Shown one piece after another: positions 1-9,800 of a stretch of DNA of 64,000 nucleotides (position 1 is the stretch's first letter; the number at the start of each line of letters is the position of its first letter). Source of the stretch: an uncultured bacterium (lineage in GTDB: Bacteria; SAR324; NAC60-12). The stretch covers positions 18,403-82,402 of the forward strand of contig CBFIGY010000010.1 of assembly GCA_965662235.1 (NCBI GenBank), in the 5' to 3' direction. The position numbers were made by a program, and so were the translations under genes. The notes below the pieces were generated by a model. That model was not told the DNA's origin. It saw only the letters and a list, made by a program, of their open reading frames with translations, and searched no databases.

Positions 1-1
1 G

Positions 2-478
2 CTGCTCGACAACGGAGGGAGTTCCATGTGGGCGCACGTGCACACCGTGCAGCGCCTGTTTGCCAAGATGAAGCGCCGGTTTCCACAGGACCTGCGGTGC
101 TACTACTTTCACAACGCCATCTACTCCCAGGTCTACGAAGACGCCTCTCGTCGCAAACCGGTGCCGCTGAAGAAACTGCTGGAGCAGAGTCCGGACTACC
201 GTGTCTTTGTGATCGGTGATGCCTACATGGCTGCGCATGAGCTGCTGGCTCCGTTCGGGGCCATTGAGTACCGTGAAGAGAGTCCGGTGCCCAGCGTGAC
301 GCAGCTGGAATCGATCCGTGAGCACTTCCCTTACCTGTGCTGGCTGAACCCGACGCCTCAGCCGTTCTGGGCTCGGACGGTGGCACCGTTCATTCAGAAG
401 GTCATGCCCATGTATCCCCTCACGGTCCGGGGACTGACTGAGGCGATTCAGGTCTTTAACCGGACCAAACACTTCTGA
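2..478 (+). CDS. VWA/CoxE-like domain protein, 3' part (starts before the window)
   Basis: Frame is open from base 2 (LLDNGGSSM, MIDAS-like); YYFHN, VIGDAYM and WLNP motifs typical of MoxR-associated VWA proteins. Confidence 0.7.
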   Translation: MLDNGGSSMWAHVHTVQRLFAKMKRRFPQDLRCYYFHNAIYSQVYEDASRRKPVPLKKLLEQSPDYRVFVIGDAYMAAHELLAPFGAIEYREESPVPSVTQLESIREHFPYLCWLNPTPQPFWARTVAPFIQKVMPMYPLTVRGLTEAIQVFNRTKHF

Positions 479-594
479 GGATTCGGGAGGGCGCCTGATG
501 GCCGGGCGGGAAAAAGCTTGCGCTCCTGAAGGGCCTGAGGGATAACACTGCCTAATCCGCTGATGAACTGATTGCAACTCCTCGGGAGGCTCGT

Positions 595-1035
595 ATGAAC
601 TGGAAAACAGGTGTGGTGCTGCTGACCCTAGTGGGAATGAGCGGTGTGGCGGGCGCTGAGACCCGGGACGATCAAATTTCGCTGATGGCCAAACGGCTGG
701 CCAAGAGCCTCTCCATGAAGGACCCCACGGCGCGTTGGGAAGGCCACACGGCCTCAACGGACTCGGGCGCAGCTCCGCAGCTGGAGGCCATGCCTCCGGT
801 GGGAAGTGGAGTGCCGGTGAACCCGGCTCTGGGAGGCACGCCTCCGTACCGGAACGTCCCTCTGGCAGAAGAGGAGCGGAGCCGGATGGCTCGGAACCTG
901 GCTAAGGAACTGACCTGGGGCGGCCGAGCGCAGCGGGCAGATGTGAAGTATGCGCCTCCGAAGACTCCTGCGGGCAGCAAAATCTATCCGGAAGACCGGA
1001 TGCCTAAGGGCAGCGTCGAGCCCTCGTTTCAGTAA
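595..1035 (+). CDS. Hypothetical secreted protein
   Basis: GGGAGG RBS; signal peptide ending AGA-E; two similar helices SLMAKRLAKSL and SRMARNLAKEL. Confidence 0.6.
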   Translation: MNWKTGVVLLTLVGMSGVAGAETRDDQISLMAKRLAKSLSMKDPTARWEGHTASTDSGAAPQLEAMPPVGSGVPVNPALGGTPPYRNVPLAEEERSRMARNLAKELTWGGRAQRADVKYAPPKTPAGSKIYPEDRMPKGSVEPSFQ

Positions 1036-1042
1036 CTGCCGG

Positions 1043-1741
1043 TCACACGCGCTCGGGTTCCACTTCCACCAGCTTGCCGGCTTCCACCCGCAGAATCGTC
1101 TTGGCCAGAGAGAGGATCTCTGTGCTGTGGGTGGCGATGAGCATGGTGGTTCCAAATTCCTCTGCCAATTCCCGCAACAGTTCCAGCACTTCCTCTCCGG
1201 TCCGTCCGTCCAGGTTTCCAGTGGGCTCGTCTGCCAGCAACAGGGCTGGCTGATGAATCAGGGCCCGGGCGATGGCGACCCGTTGCTGCTCGCCGCCTGA
1301 CAGCCGGTCTGGAAAGCTCTGCCCTCGGGTTCCCAGGCCGAGCCGTTTCAGCAGGTCCTGTGCCTGAGTGCCCTTGCGGAGGCCGTTCAGCTCCAGTGGA
1401 AGCTCCAGGTTTTCTGCAACCGTTAGGGTGGGGATGAGGTTGAAGGACTGAAAGACAAAGCCCATGCGCTTGCGGCGAAACAGCGTCCGCTCTCGCTCGC
1501 TCAGGTGATTGAGGCACTGCCCGTCCACCCACACCTCTCCGGCGTCCGGAAGGTCGATGCCGGCAATGAGGTTGAGCAGCGTGGACTTCCCGGAGCCGCT
1601 CTTTCCCAGCAGCGCGCACGTGTGACCCGGGGCTAGGCTGAGGTCCACCCCGTCGAGGACCTGATGCATGACCGGACCTTCGTGGTAGGCCTTGCGGAGC
1701 TGACGGAGCTGGAGAAACGCGGAGGGCGCAGGAGCGTTCAT
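1043..1741 (-). CDS. ABC transporter ATP-binding protein (LolD/MacB-like)
   Basis: Walker [35 protein letters not shown]; start moved to MNAPAPSAF. Confidence 0.9.
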   Translation of the reverse strand: MNAPAPSAFLQLRQLRKAYHEGPVMHQVLDGVDLSLAPGHTCALLGKSGSGKSTLLNLIAGIDLPDAGEVWVDGQCLNHLSERERTLFRRKRMGFVFQSFNLIPTLTVAENLELPLELNGLRKGTQAQDLLKRLGLGTRGQSFPDRLSGGEQQRVAIARALIHQPALLLADEPTGNLDGRTGEEVLELLRELAEEFGTTMLIATHSTEILSLAKTILRVEAGKLVEVEPERV

Positions 1742-1875
1742 GACGGTTTCAAAGAAGCGGGAATTCAAAGGTCTGGATTGCGTTACCTGAAAAGCATTGT
1801 GCGGGAGGTGCTTCGGAATGCAACCGGAAAATGGAGAGGGGGTCGGAGGCTCCGTGGAACCTCCGGAGGAGGGAG

Positions 1876-2064
1876 TCAATAGAGATCGGCTTCCTGAGTC
1901 TCAGTCATCTCCAAAATTTCATCCGAGATCAGAAAATCCATCCCCAGCACTGGTTCCCCAGCGACGCGGTCGATTCGCTGAATCGTGCCACCTTGCTCCA
2001 GGTACCGGGCCATGGCTTCGCTGATGTCATCTTGGGTGATCTCCGTATTCATAGGGCGATTCAT
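1876..2064 (-). CDS. Small acidic hypothetical protein
   Basis: 62 aa with YLEQGGTIQRI motif; CAGGAG upstream (start may be the ATG at 2052); preceded by a sigma54-like promoter. Confidence 0.6.
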   Translation of the reverse strand: MNRPMNTEITQDDISEAMARYLEQGGTIQRIDRVAGEPVLGMDFLISDEILEMTETQEADLY

Positions 2065-2123
2065 CTCCTGAGGGTTATTGATTTGGGTCAGTCGGGAACA
2101 GCGGGTCCCGCTACCCTGCCCAC

Positions 2124-2139
2124 AGCAAATGATGGGCCA
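2124..2139 (-). promoter_or_regulatory. Putative sigma54 (-24/-12) promoter
   Basis: Minus strand TGGCCCATCATTTGCT has exact GG-N10-GC spacing. Confidence 0.6.
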
Positions 2140-2325
2140 CGCCCAACCGGTAATCTCCTTGATCTTTGGTCACAGGGCCGCTATCAAGGACCGCTGTGGG
2201 TGTGCCAGCGTGGCTGAATCACTCAGAGCCCAACCCAGGAGCATCCGGCTCCTTTAATTGAACCCGGAAGGTGGCTCCAGAAGCACCCTCTGCATCTGCC
2301 AGCCGGGCCTGAGTCAAGAGTACCC

Positions 2326-3336
2326 ATGAGTGTCGGGAAGTTAACTGGACCCAAGAAAGCGGCCATCCTGCTCCTTGCTTTGGGAGAAGAGGGGGCATCA
2401 GAGGTCATGAAGAACCTAGATGAGTCTGAGATCCAGCAGGTGGGGTATTACATGACCCGCTTCTCAGACATTGAACCGGAGGAGCTGGACATTGTCCTCG
2501 AGGAGTTCTACCGAAACTCCGTGCTGCAGGAAGAGGGCGCCCACGTCAACGCGACCCCAGATTTTGTCAAGAACGCCTTGGTCAAAGCGCTGGGCGCCGA
2601 CAAGGCCAAGGAGCTGGAAGGCAACCTGCGTTCAGGACACGAAGAGGGCGGGCTGGATGCCCTGCGCTACGTGGACCCGATCATGATCTCCAACTACGTC
2701 CGGGGCGAGCACCCGCAGACGATTGCGCTGATCATCTCGTACCTGACGAATGTGGATCAGGCGGCCACTGTTCTGCGCTCCCTTCCAGAGAACGTTCAGG
2801 CGGATGTGATGTACCGGATGGCCGTCATTGACAGCATTCCGCCCGGGGTGGTTTCTGAAATGAACGAAGTCCTTTATGAAGAAATGAAAGCGGCAGGCAG
2901 CATGGTGACAAAAGTAGGCGGCGTGGCCCCTGTGGCGGAAATCCTCAACGCGGTGGACAAGTCCACAGAAACCCGAATCCTAGCCACCATTGAAGAGTCG
3001 AATCCGGACCTCGCGGAATCCATCCGGGAGCTGATGTTCACCTTCGAGGACCTGAGCCTGATCGACTCCAAGCAGATGCAGACAGTCCTCAAGGACGTGG
3101 ATCAGGCCGACATGGTGCTGGCACTGAAGACGGCCAGCGATTCCATCCGGGAGCTGATCTTCAGCTCCATGTCGTCTCGTGCAGCAGAGATGGTCCGAGA
3201 CGACCTAGAAAACCTAGGCCCCGTCAAGGTCTCAGACGTAGAAGGGGCTCAGCAGAAGATCATCAAGGTGGTGAAGAAGCTCGAAGAAGAGGGCAAGATC
3301 GTCATCGCCGGTGGCGGGGGCTCCGAAGTCGTCTAG
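2326..3336 (+). CDS. fliG: Flagellar motor switch protein FliG
   Basis: KAAILLLALG, EHPQTIALI, MFTFEDL and MSSRAAEMVRDDL motifs. Confidence 0.95.
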   Translation: MSVGKLTGPKKAAILLLALGEEGASEVMKNLDESEIQQVGYYMTRFSDIEPEELDIVLEEFYRNSVLQEEGAHVNATPDFVKNALVKALGADKAKELEGNLRSGHEEGGLDALRYVDPIMISNYVRGEHPQTIALIISYLTNVDQAATVLRSLPENVQADVMYRMAVIDSIPPGVVSEMNEVLYEEMKAAGSMVTKVGGVAPVAEILNAVDKSTETRILATIEESNPDLAESIRELMFTFEDLSLIDSKQMQTVLKDVDQADMVLALKTASDSIRELIFSSMSSRAAEMVRDDLENLGPVKVSDVEGAQQKIIKVVKKLEEEGKIVIAGGGGSEVV

Positions 3337-3404
3337 CCCCATCGCCCGCAAACGGGGCCGCTCCGAGGCCCCTTCCTTCCTCCTCTCCCCAACCTCAGAC
3401 TGAA

Positions 3405-4238
3405 ATGCGAACCTTTTTGGACAAGATGCGGGACCTCAAGCTGGAAGAGGTCGCGACCCGGAGCCAACACACGTCAGCAGCCGAGCTGCAGGCGCAGCTT
3501 CCCGACCTTCCGGCCCGGGCTTCCTTTGCTGAAGCCGTGCGGCGTGCGCCGAGCCAGCGGATCTCTTTGATCACTGAGGTGAAGGCCAAGGCACCCGGCC
3601 GAGAAAATGTTGCCTCCCTGGACCTCCAGGCGGTGCTTCAGGACTATGAGGCCGGAGGCACTCAGGCGATTTCGGTCCTGACCGACGGGCACTACTTTGG
3701 CGGAGCCTTGGAGACGCTGGAGCAGGCGGCTCAGGCTACCGCCCTGCCGTTGCTGCACAAGGAGTTCATTGTGCACCCGTATCAGCTGCTGGAAGGGCGG
3801 GTCCGGGGTGCCAGCGCTGCGCTCATCCTGGCCTACTACTTCAGCGCTTCCGAACTGCAGGACCTCGTGGCGCAGGCTGAGGAGTGGGGGCTAGACGCAG
3901 TGGTGGAGTGCTCCTTGGAGTCGGAATTGCCCCGAACCCTAGAGGTGGCGCCGCGGGTGCTGATGATCAACAACCGCCCCATTGCCTCGCTTCCAGAGAA
4001 TCCGAAACAGACCTACCACCTGGGGTCCGTTGAGACGACCCCGAACTGGTGGCACCAGTTTCCGGAGCTTCGGGCATGGAAGTCGCAACCCAATGCTACT
4101 TTGGTTAGTGCCAGCTGCATTGGTGCCGCAGCAGACCTCCAGCAGTTGGAGGCCATTCCCTGTGATGCCGCCCTCATCGGCAACTCTGTGATGAGTGCTC
4201 CGGACCGGGTTCAGTTCCTTCAGGCGCTCCGCAGCTGA
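3405..4238 (+). CDS. trpC: Indole-3-glycerol phosphate synthase-like protein (divergent)
   Basis: ITEVK, AISVLTD, LHKEFI, INNR and LIGNSVM correspond to IGPS motifs; SESGI appears as SASCI. Confidence 0.7.
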   Translation: MRTFLDKMRDLKLEEVATRSQHTSAAELQAQLPDLPARASFAEAVRRAPSQRISLITEVKAKAPGRENVASLDLQAVLQDYEAGGTQAISVLTDGHYFGGALETLEQAAQATALPLLHKEFIVHPYQLLEGRVRGASAALILAYYFSASELQDLVAQAEEWGLDAVVECSLESELPRTLEVAPRVLMINNRPIASLPENPKQTYHLGSVETTPNWWHQFPELRAWKSQPNATLVSASCIGAAADLQQLEAIPCDAALIGNSVMSAPDRVQFLQALRS

Positions 4239-4297
4239 CCACCAACCTCTGTGTGTCCTGATTCTTTTGTCCTTTTCTTTCAAGCAGTTGGTCCTTC

Positions 4298-4750
4298 ATG
4301 AGCCTCAATTCTCCTTCTACATTGAACATCTTGGTGGTGGATGATGACGAAAACATTCGGATGGTCCTGCAGCGGGCCCTGACGAAGCTCGGTTACCACG
4401 TCAGCACCGCTCGGAGTGCCGAAGAGGCGCTGAACACGCTCCAGCGCAGCTTCTTCCATGTGGTGATTACCGACTTGATGATGGAGGAAATGACCGGGGT
4501 GGAGCTGATGCAGCAGATCAAGGAGATGAACTCCTTGATGCAGATCTACGTCATGACCGCTCACTCCACGCTTCCCAGTGTCATTCAGTGCATGCGGGGA
4601 GGCGCGTACGACTACTTTGAGAAGCCGCTTCAGATTGAGGATGTGGCCAAGTCTCTGGGAGAAGCCGCGCGCCGGGCGGAACGCTGGAGCACGCTTTACA
4701 AGCGGTATGCGGCCAAGCTTCCGACGGCAGAGGCGGATACGGAGGGGTAA
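4298..4750 (+). CDS. Response regulator (receiver domain with short tail)
   Basis: ILVVDDD, VITDLMM, MTAH, GAYDYFEKP. Confidence 0.9.
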   Translation: MSLNSPSTLNILVVDDDENIRMVLQRALTKLGYHVSTARSAEEALNTLQRSFFHVVITDLMMEEMTGVELMQQIKEMNSLMQIYVMTAHSTLPSVIQCMRGGAYDYFEKPLQIEDVAKSLGEAARRAERWSTLYKRYAAKLPTAEADTEG

Positions 4751-5800
4751 TCAGTAGGTGCGGCGGACGACGTATTCAGCCAGGTCGGCCAGTGTCTGTC
4801 GGGTGCTGGCGTCCGGAAGGTCGGTCAGCTGCGCCTGAGCGTCCCGGACGTACTGTTGGGCGGTTTCCAGCGTGTGCTCAATGGAGCCTGTGTTGCGCAT
4901 CATCGCGGCCACTTGGCTGATCTCGGCAGGCCCAATGTGTTCCAGAGCCAAAATGGCTTCCACCTGCTGCCGGTCCGCTTGGCTGCTGTGCTCGAGTAGG
5001 TGACTGAGGGGCAGGGTGATCTTTCGCTCCTGCAGATCGGTGCCAATGGCCTTCCCAATGTTCAACTCTTCTGAATAATCCAACGCATCATCCACCATCT
5101 GAAAGGCCATGCCGAGGTTGATGCCGTACTCGTAGAGCGCCGCGGCCTGAGCGTCGGAGGCCTGATTGAGAAGCGCCCCCATGCGGGTGGCGGCTCCAAA
5201 CAGGCTGGCGGTCTTGTTGTGAATGATCTGCAGGTACTGGCTGAGGTCCCGCTGCTGGTACCCGCGCGTCAGCTGGAGCAGCTCCCCCCGGGCCATCAGC
5301 GTCGTGGTCTCAGACATCAACCGCAGCACCTCCGTGTTGCGGAGGCTGGTGAGCATCCGGAACGACAGGGCGAGGAGGTAGTCACCCACCAGCACACTCG
5401 CTTCATTCCCCCAAATGGTTCGGGCTGCCTGCCGGGACCGGCGCGTCTCGGCACCATCCACCACGTCGTCATGCAGCAGCGTCGCCGTGTGCAGAAACTC
5501 CACCACTTGGGCGGCCTTAAGGATGCGCCCATCAACTGGACCAAACCCCTTCGCGCCTAATAGAACCAGGGCCGGACGGAGGCGCTTGCCTCCGGACTGG
5601 AGGATGTGCTCGGCCACCTGGGTCAGGAGTGTCAGGTCGGTCTGCGCGTTTTGCAGAATCAACGTCTCCAGCCCCTTCAGGTCGGCTTCAACGTGACCAA
5701 ATAAGGAATCTGCTGCAGGCGACGGCGAGGCAGGAGTCGCTTCCGGTTTTTTAGGCACCGTCTGCGGCTCAGCAGGAGGTGGAGATTCAGGAGAAAGCAA
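4751..5800 (-). CDS. ispB: Polyprenyl (octaprenyl-type) diphosphate synthase
   Basis: GGKRLRP, LLHDDVVD, KTASLF, FQMVDDALD; exact start uncertain. Confidence 0.88.
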   Translation of the reverse strand: MLSPESPPPAEPQTVPKKPEATPASPSPAADSLFGHVEADLKGLETLILQNAQTDLTLLTQVAEHILQSGGKRLRPALVLLGAKGFGPVDGRILKAAQVVEFLHTATLLHDDVVDGAETRRSRQAARTIWGNEASVLVGDYLLALSFRMLTSLRNTEVLRLMSETTTLMARGELLQLTRGYQQRDLSQYLQIIHNKTASLFGAATRMGALLNQASDAQAAALYEYGINLGMAFQMVDDALDYSEELNIGKAIGTDLQERKITLPLSHLLEHSSQADRQQVEAILALEHIGPAEISQVAAMMRNTGSIEHTLETAQQYVRDAQAQLTDLPDASTRQTLADLAEYVVRRTY

Positions 5801-5941
5801 GAGAATGCCTGCAACAAGTGGGATCGGTCTTGAACAACACCTAGAAACACTGGCAGAATCCTAACAGATCAACTGGGTAGCGCCAAGCTTTTCATCAGGA
5901 CCCATCCGGTCCTTAAACTCCATGCATGACGGTGCTGGTTC

Positions 5942-7684
5942 ATGAGTTCCTATCACCCCGCAGTTGAGCACCTCCAGGAAGCTGGACGGGTCTCTGTGGC
6001 TCAACTGAAGCCCCTGCACGAACAGCTGGTGGCGTACCGACAGCGTCCGGACGCCCTCAAGGAAGTCCTCCTCAAGCACAAGGTTGTGACGGAAGACGAC
6101 TTCCAAGAAGCTCTGGCGTCTTACTACGACCTAGAGTTCCGGGCGTCACTGGAGGACGTTCCGATTGACCCTGAGCTGTCGCAACGCATTCCCATCCGTT
6201 ATGCCAAACGTTTCAACTGCATGCCGATGCGGCAGCAGGAAGAGGTGCTTGAGGTGGTCACCGACGACCCACGGCGGCTGGAGGCCCTGGAAGAGCTAGC
6301 CCGGGAGTTTGGATGCCGGGTTCAGCCGGTGCTGTCGTCCCGTCAGGCGGTTCTGGATTTCATCAACCGCTCCTACGATCAGGCGACAGGCTTCAGCGAA
6401 GAGGCCGTGGGCGACCTTGATTCAGAGGAGCGCATTGAGGGCATCTCCGGAATTGAGGAGCCCGAGGACCTGTTGGATGCGACCGATGAGGAGCCCGTCA
6501 AGCGTTTGGTGAACTCGCTGCTGTGGCAGGCAGTCCGTGATGGCGTCAGCGACGTTCACATCGACCCCACCCCGAAGGAAACGCAGATCCGGTACCGCAT
6601 TGATGGCGTGCTGCACGCCGTGACGCGGGTGCCCCGGGCGGCGCACATCACGGTGGTGAACCGCATCAAGGTCATGTCCCGCCTCGATATTGCGCAGAAG
6701 GGCATTCCGCAGGACGGGCAGACCATGATCGTCATTGCCGGCAAGAAGATCGACATCCGGGTGTCCACGGTGCCCACGGTTTATGGGGAGAAGGTGGTGA
6801 TGCGGCTGCTGCAGCGCAGCGAGAAGCTGCTGAGTCTTCCAGAATTGGGAATGTCTAAGCGCCTGCTGGAACCTTACCGCAAGATGGTCCACTCGCACGG
6901 AGGCATTGTGCTGGTGACCGGACCAACTGGAAGCGGAAAGACAACCACGCTCTATGCCTCTCTTTCCGAAATTGACCACACTGCCCGCAACGTCATCACC
7001 ATTGAGGAGCCGGTGGAGTACAAAATGCCGGGGTACAGCCAGATTGAGGTCAACCCCCGGATTGGCCTGACCTTCGCGAGTGCCCTCCGGTCGGTGCTGC
7101 GTCAGGACCCAGATGTGGTGATGGTGGGGGAGATGCGAGACACGGAGACCGCGCAGATTGCCATTCAAGCGGCCCTCACAGGGCACCTCGTCTTCAGTAC
7201 CGTCCACACCAACAATGCTCCTGCGACGATCACCCGCCTCATTGACATGGGCGTTGAGCCGTTTCTGGTGTCTTCGACGATCATTGGGGTCCTGGCGCAG
7301 CGGTTGGTGCGGCGGATCTGTCCGGACTGCAAGGAGTCGTATGAACCCCATCCGGAGCAGTTGCGTGAGCTGCGCATTCCCCCGGAGGTTCTGCAGAAGG
7401 CGGGTGGCGTGCTCTACCGTGGTGCCGGATGTGAGGCGTGCCGGCAGACCGGGTATCGGGGGCGCATTGGCATCCATGAGCTGCTCCCCATGTCCGACTC
7501 CGTCAAGCAGGTCATCCTCGGCACCAGTGACTCCACCAGCATCCGGCGTCAGGCCATCAAGGAGAACATGATCACCCTTCGGCGCGATGGCATTTACAAG
7601 GTCCTCCTGGGCGTGACCACGGCTGAAGAGGTCCTGGCCATCACCACTGAAGAAGCCGCGGCTTCTCTGCCTGAACCCTCCTGA
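5942..7684 (+). CDS. gspE: Type II secretion / type IV pilus assembly ATPase (GspE/PilB family)
   Basis: SDVHIDP, GPTGSGKTT, LRQDPDVVMVGEMRD, CPDC...CEAC zinc motif. Confidence 0.88.
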   Translation: MSSYHPAVEHLQEAGRVSVAQLKPLHEQLVAYRQRPDALKEVLLKHKVVTEDDFQEALASYYDLEFRASLEDVPIDPELSQRIPIRYAKRFNCMPMRQQEEVLEVVTDDPRRLEALEELAREFGCRVQPVLSSRQAVLDFINRSYDQATGFSEEAVGDLDSEERIEGISGIEEPEDLLDATDEEPVKRLVNSLLWQAVRDGVSDVHIDPTPKETQIRYRIDGVLHAVTRVPRAAHITVVNRIKVMSRLDIAQKGIPQDGQTMIVIAGKKIDIRVSTVPTVYGEKVVMRLLQRSEKLLSLPELGMSKRLLEPYRKMVHSHGGIVLVTGPTGSGKTTTLYASLSEIDHTARNVITIEEPVEYKMPGYSQIEVNPRIGLTFASALRSVLRQDPDVVMVGEMRDTETAQIAIQAALTGHLVFSTVHTNNAPATITRLIDMGVEPFLVSSTIIGVLAQRLVRRICPDCKESYEPHPEQLRELRIPPEVLQKAGGVLYRGAGCEACRQTGYRGRIGIHELLPMSDSVKQVILGTSDSTSIRRQAIKENMITLRRDGIYKVLLGVTTAEEVLAITTEEAAASLPEPS

Positions 7685-7696
7685 GCTCAACCCCTT

Positions 7697-9625
7697 TTGA
7701 CTGCACCCCATCACCTGGTTATTGGAACCAGCGGTCACATTGATCACGGAAAGACGACCCTCGTCAAGGCGTTGACCGGTGTGGATGCCGACCGCTTTGA
7801 AGAGGAGAAGCGCCGGGGCATCACCATCGATCTCGGATTTGCGCACACGACAGATGCGGCAGGCAACACCCTGGCGCTTGTTGATGTGCCGGGGCATGAG
7901 CGCTTTGTGCACAACATGCTGGCAGGCGTTTCAGGACTGGACGCGGTGCTGCTCGTGGTCGCCGCCGATGAGGGCGTGATGCCACAAACCCGGGAGCACT
8001 TGGCCATCTGTGACCTCCTGGGCGTCAGCCAAGGGATCGTGGTCCTCACTCGGATTGACCGTCTGGAGGATCCGGAGCTGGCCGACCTCTGCGCCGAGGA
8101 AGTGCAGGAGCTGGTGCAGGGAACGTTTCTGGAGGCGGCGCCGGTGTTGCCGGTTTCGTCGGTGACCGGAGAGGGGATTCCGGAACTCAAGCAGGCTCTC
8201 TGGAACCTGCACCCCCGTACCCTAGCAGAAGCTCAGGAACGTCCGTTCCGGCTTGCGGTGGACCGCTCCTTTTCGGTGAAGGGCTTTGGCACTGTGGTGA
8301 CCGGGACCGTTTGGTCAGGCCGGACCCGTTTGGAGGAAACGCTGGTGCAGTACCCGCAGGGAAGCCGGGTCCGCATCCGGGGGTTGCAGTCTCATGGGAC
8401 GCAGCAGGAGCAGGTGGTGGCAGGCCAGCGGGCCGCCATCAATCTTGGAGGCGTGCATCACGAAGCCATTCACCGTGGCGATCAGCTGGCGCCTCCGGAG
8501 TCGCTGCTGAACAGCTTCATGCTCAATGTGGAGCTGCGGGTGCTGGCAGATGCGCCTTCGGCTCTGGGACAGCGTCAGCGGGTTCGGGTGCATCTTGGCA
8601 CTCAGGAACTGCTGGGACGCCTCATCCTTCTGGAAGGCGAGACGCTGCTTCCAGGAGCATCCGGGCTGTGTCAGCTGCGTTTAGAGCAGCCCACCAGCAC
8701 CCGTTTTGGAGACCGCTTCATCATCCGGAGCTACTCCCCCAGCCGAACGCTGGGAGGTGGGCAGGTGCTGGATCCGGCGCCCGTGAAGTCCCGGCGTGTG
8801 ATGCACGAACTCGCTCAGCGCCTCCGTGTGCTGCAGGGCCCTGATGAGTCAGGACGCGTGGAGGAAACGGTGTACCTGCAGGCCCTCCGGGGGGTGCGGC
8901 AGGAGGAGCTGGCCGTGCGGTCGGGGCTTTCGGGAAAGCGAGCCGACAAGGTGCTGCAAGCCCTGCAGAGCAAGCAGCGCCTGCTTTGCCTAGACGCTAC
9001 TGAGCGACGGTGGTGGCACATGGATCACCTGCGGCGCCTGGGGCAGTACGTCCGACGCTTGGTTCAGGAACACCATGAGCGCTTTCCAGACCGAGAAGGC
9101 CTCACGCGCTCGGAGCTGGCCGGGAAGCTGGGACCCGTGTTTTCTCAGGAGTCTCAGGTGGAGGCCCTGCTGAAGGTGCTGGTCCGAGAAGCGGTGCTGG
9201 TGAAGCGCGAGCAGGCTTATGCGCATCCGGACCACCAGCCTGAGGTTGCCGAGTCGCAGACAGAACTGCTGGAACGCTGCCTGACCCTGCTGCGAGCCGG
9301 AGGCGCCCAGCCTATGCGGCAGAGCCACCTGCTTGAGCAGCTTGGGCTTGAGGAAAAGGCCGGCGTTGCGTTGCTGAAGTCAGCGTCGCACCACAAGCAC
9401 CTGATCCGGGTGGCTGAAGACCTGTTTTATCCTCCGGAAACGTTGGCTGCCCTAGAGGCGCAGATGCGGGGACACTTTCAGCACCAAGAGACCCTGACTG
9501 TGATCGAATTTAAAGAAATGACCGGGATTTCTCGAAAGCACGCGGTAGAGTTGCTAGAATACTGGGATCGTCAACGCCTGACGATCCGACGCGAAAATCA
9601 TCGCGTTGCAGGATCGCTGGACTAA
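7697..9625 (+). CDS. selB: Selenocysteine-specific translation elongation factor SelB
   Basis: GTSGHIDHGKT, RGITIDLGFA, DVPGHERF; C-terminal winged-helix region SRKHAVELLEYWD. Confidence 0.96.
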   Translation: MTAPHHLVIGTSGHIDHGKTTLVKALTGVDADRFEEEKRRGITIDLGFAHTTDAAGNTLALVDVPGHERFVHNMLAGVSGLDAVLLVVAADEGVMPQTREHLAICDLLGVSQGIVVLTRIDRLEDPELADLCAEEVQELVQGTFLEAAPVLPVSSVTGEGIPELKQALWNLHPRTLAEAQERPFRLAVDRSFSVKGFGTVVTGTVWSGRTRLEETLVQYPQGSRVRIRGLQSHGTQQEQVVAGQRAAINLGGVHHEAIHRGDQLAPPESLLNSFMLNVELRVLADAPSALGQRQRVRVHLGTQELLGRLILLEGETLLPGASGLCQLRLEQPTSTRFGDRFIIRSYSPSRTLGGGQVLDPAPVKSRRVMHELAQRLRVLQGPDESGRVEETVYLQALRGVRQEELAVRSGLSGKRADKVLQALQSKQRLLCLDATERRWWHMDHLRRLGQYVRRLVQEHHERFPDREGLTRSELAGKLGPVFSQESQVEALLKVLVREAVLVKREQAYAHPDHQPEVAESQTELLERCLTLLRAGGAQPMRQSHLLEQLGLEEKAGVALLKSASHHKHLIRVAEDLFYPPETLAALEAQMRGHFQHQETLTVIEFKEMTGISRKHAVELLEYWDRQRLTIRRENHRVAGSLD

Positions 9626-9646
9626 CGTTTCTGTTCTCAAGGAGTC

Positions 9647-9796
9647 ATGAAATTTCTTGCCCCTCAGTCTCGATTTGTCCTCAAGACCTTCTTCAAGCGA
9701 AACTACGACGCGCTCTCTGATGCTGCGCAGACCACGACCAACCGGGTGATGCTGGTGGCCGACGTGGCGATCGTCTACGCCCTCTTCTTCCTCTAA
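9647..9796 (+). CDS. Small 49-aa putative membrane protein (not in ORF track)
   Basis: AAGGAG RBS then ATG; MKFLAPQSRFVLKTFFKRNYDALSDAAQTTTNRVMLVADVAIVYALFFL*; fills the gap between selB and the next gene. Confidence 0.6.
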   Translation: MKFLAPQSRFVLKTFFKRNYDALSDAAQTTTNRVMLVADVAIVYALFFL

Positions 9797-9800
9797 ATTC

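Noticed and set aside
6422-7912. Long antisense ORFs (also 15940-17055, 22803-24113, 43616-44647, 55000-56526)
   Set aside because: They lie opposite well-supported genes and are typical shadows in GC-rich, codon-biased DNA
9626-9800. Possible tRNA-Sec (selC) next to selB
   Set aside because: No cloverleaf or TCA anticodon arm; a small ORF explains the gap
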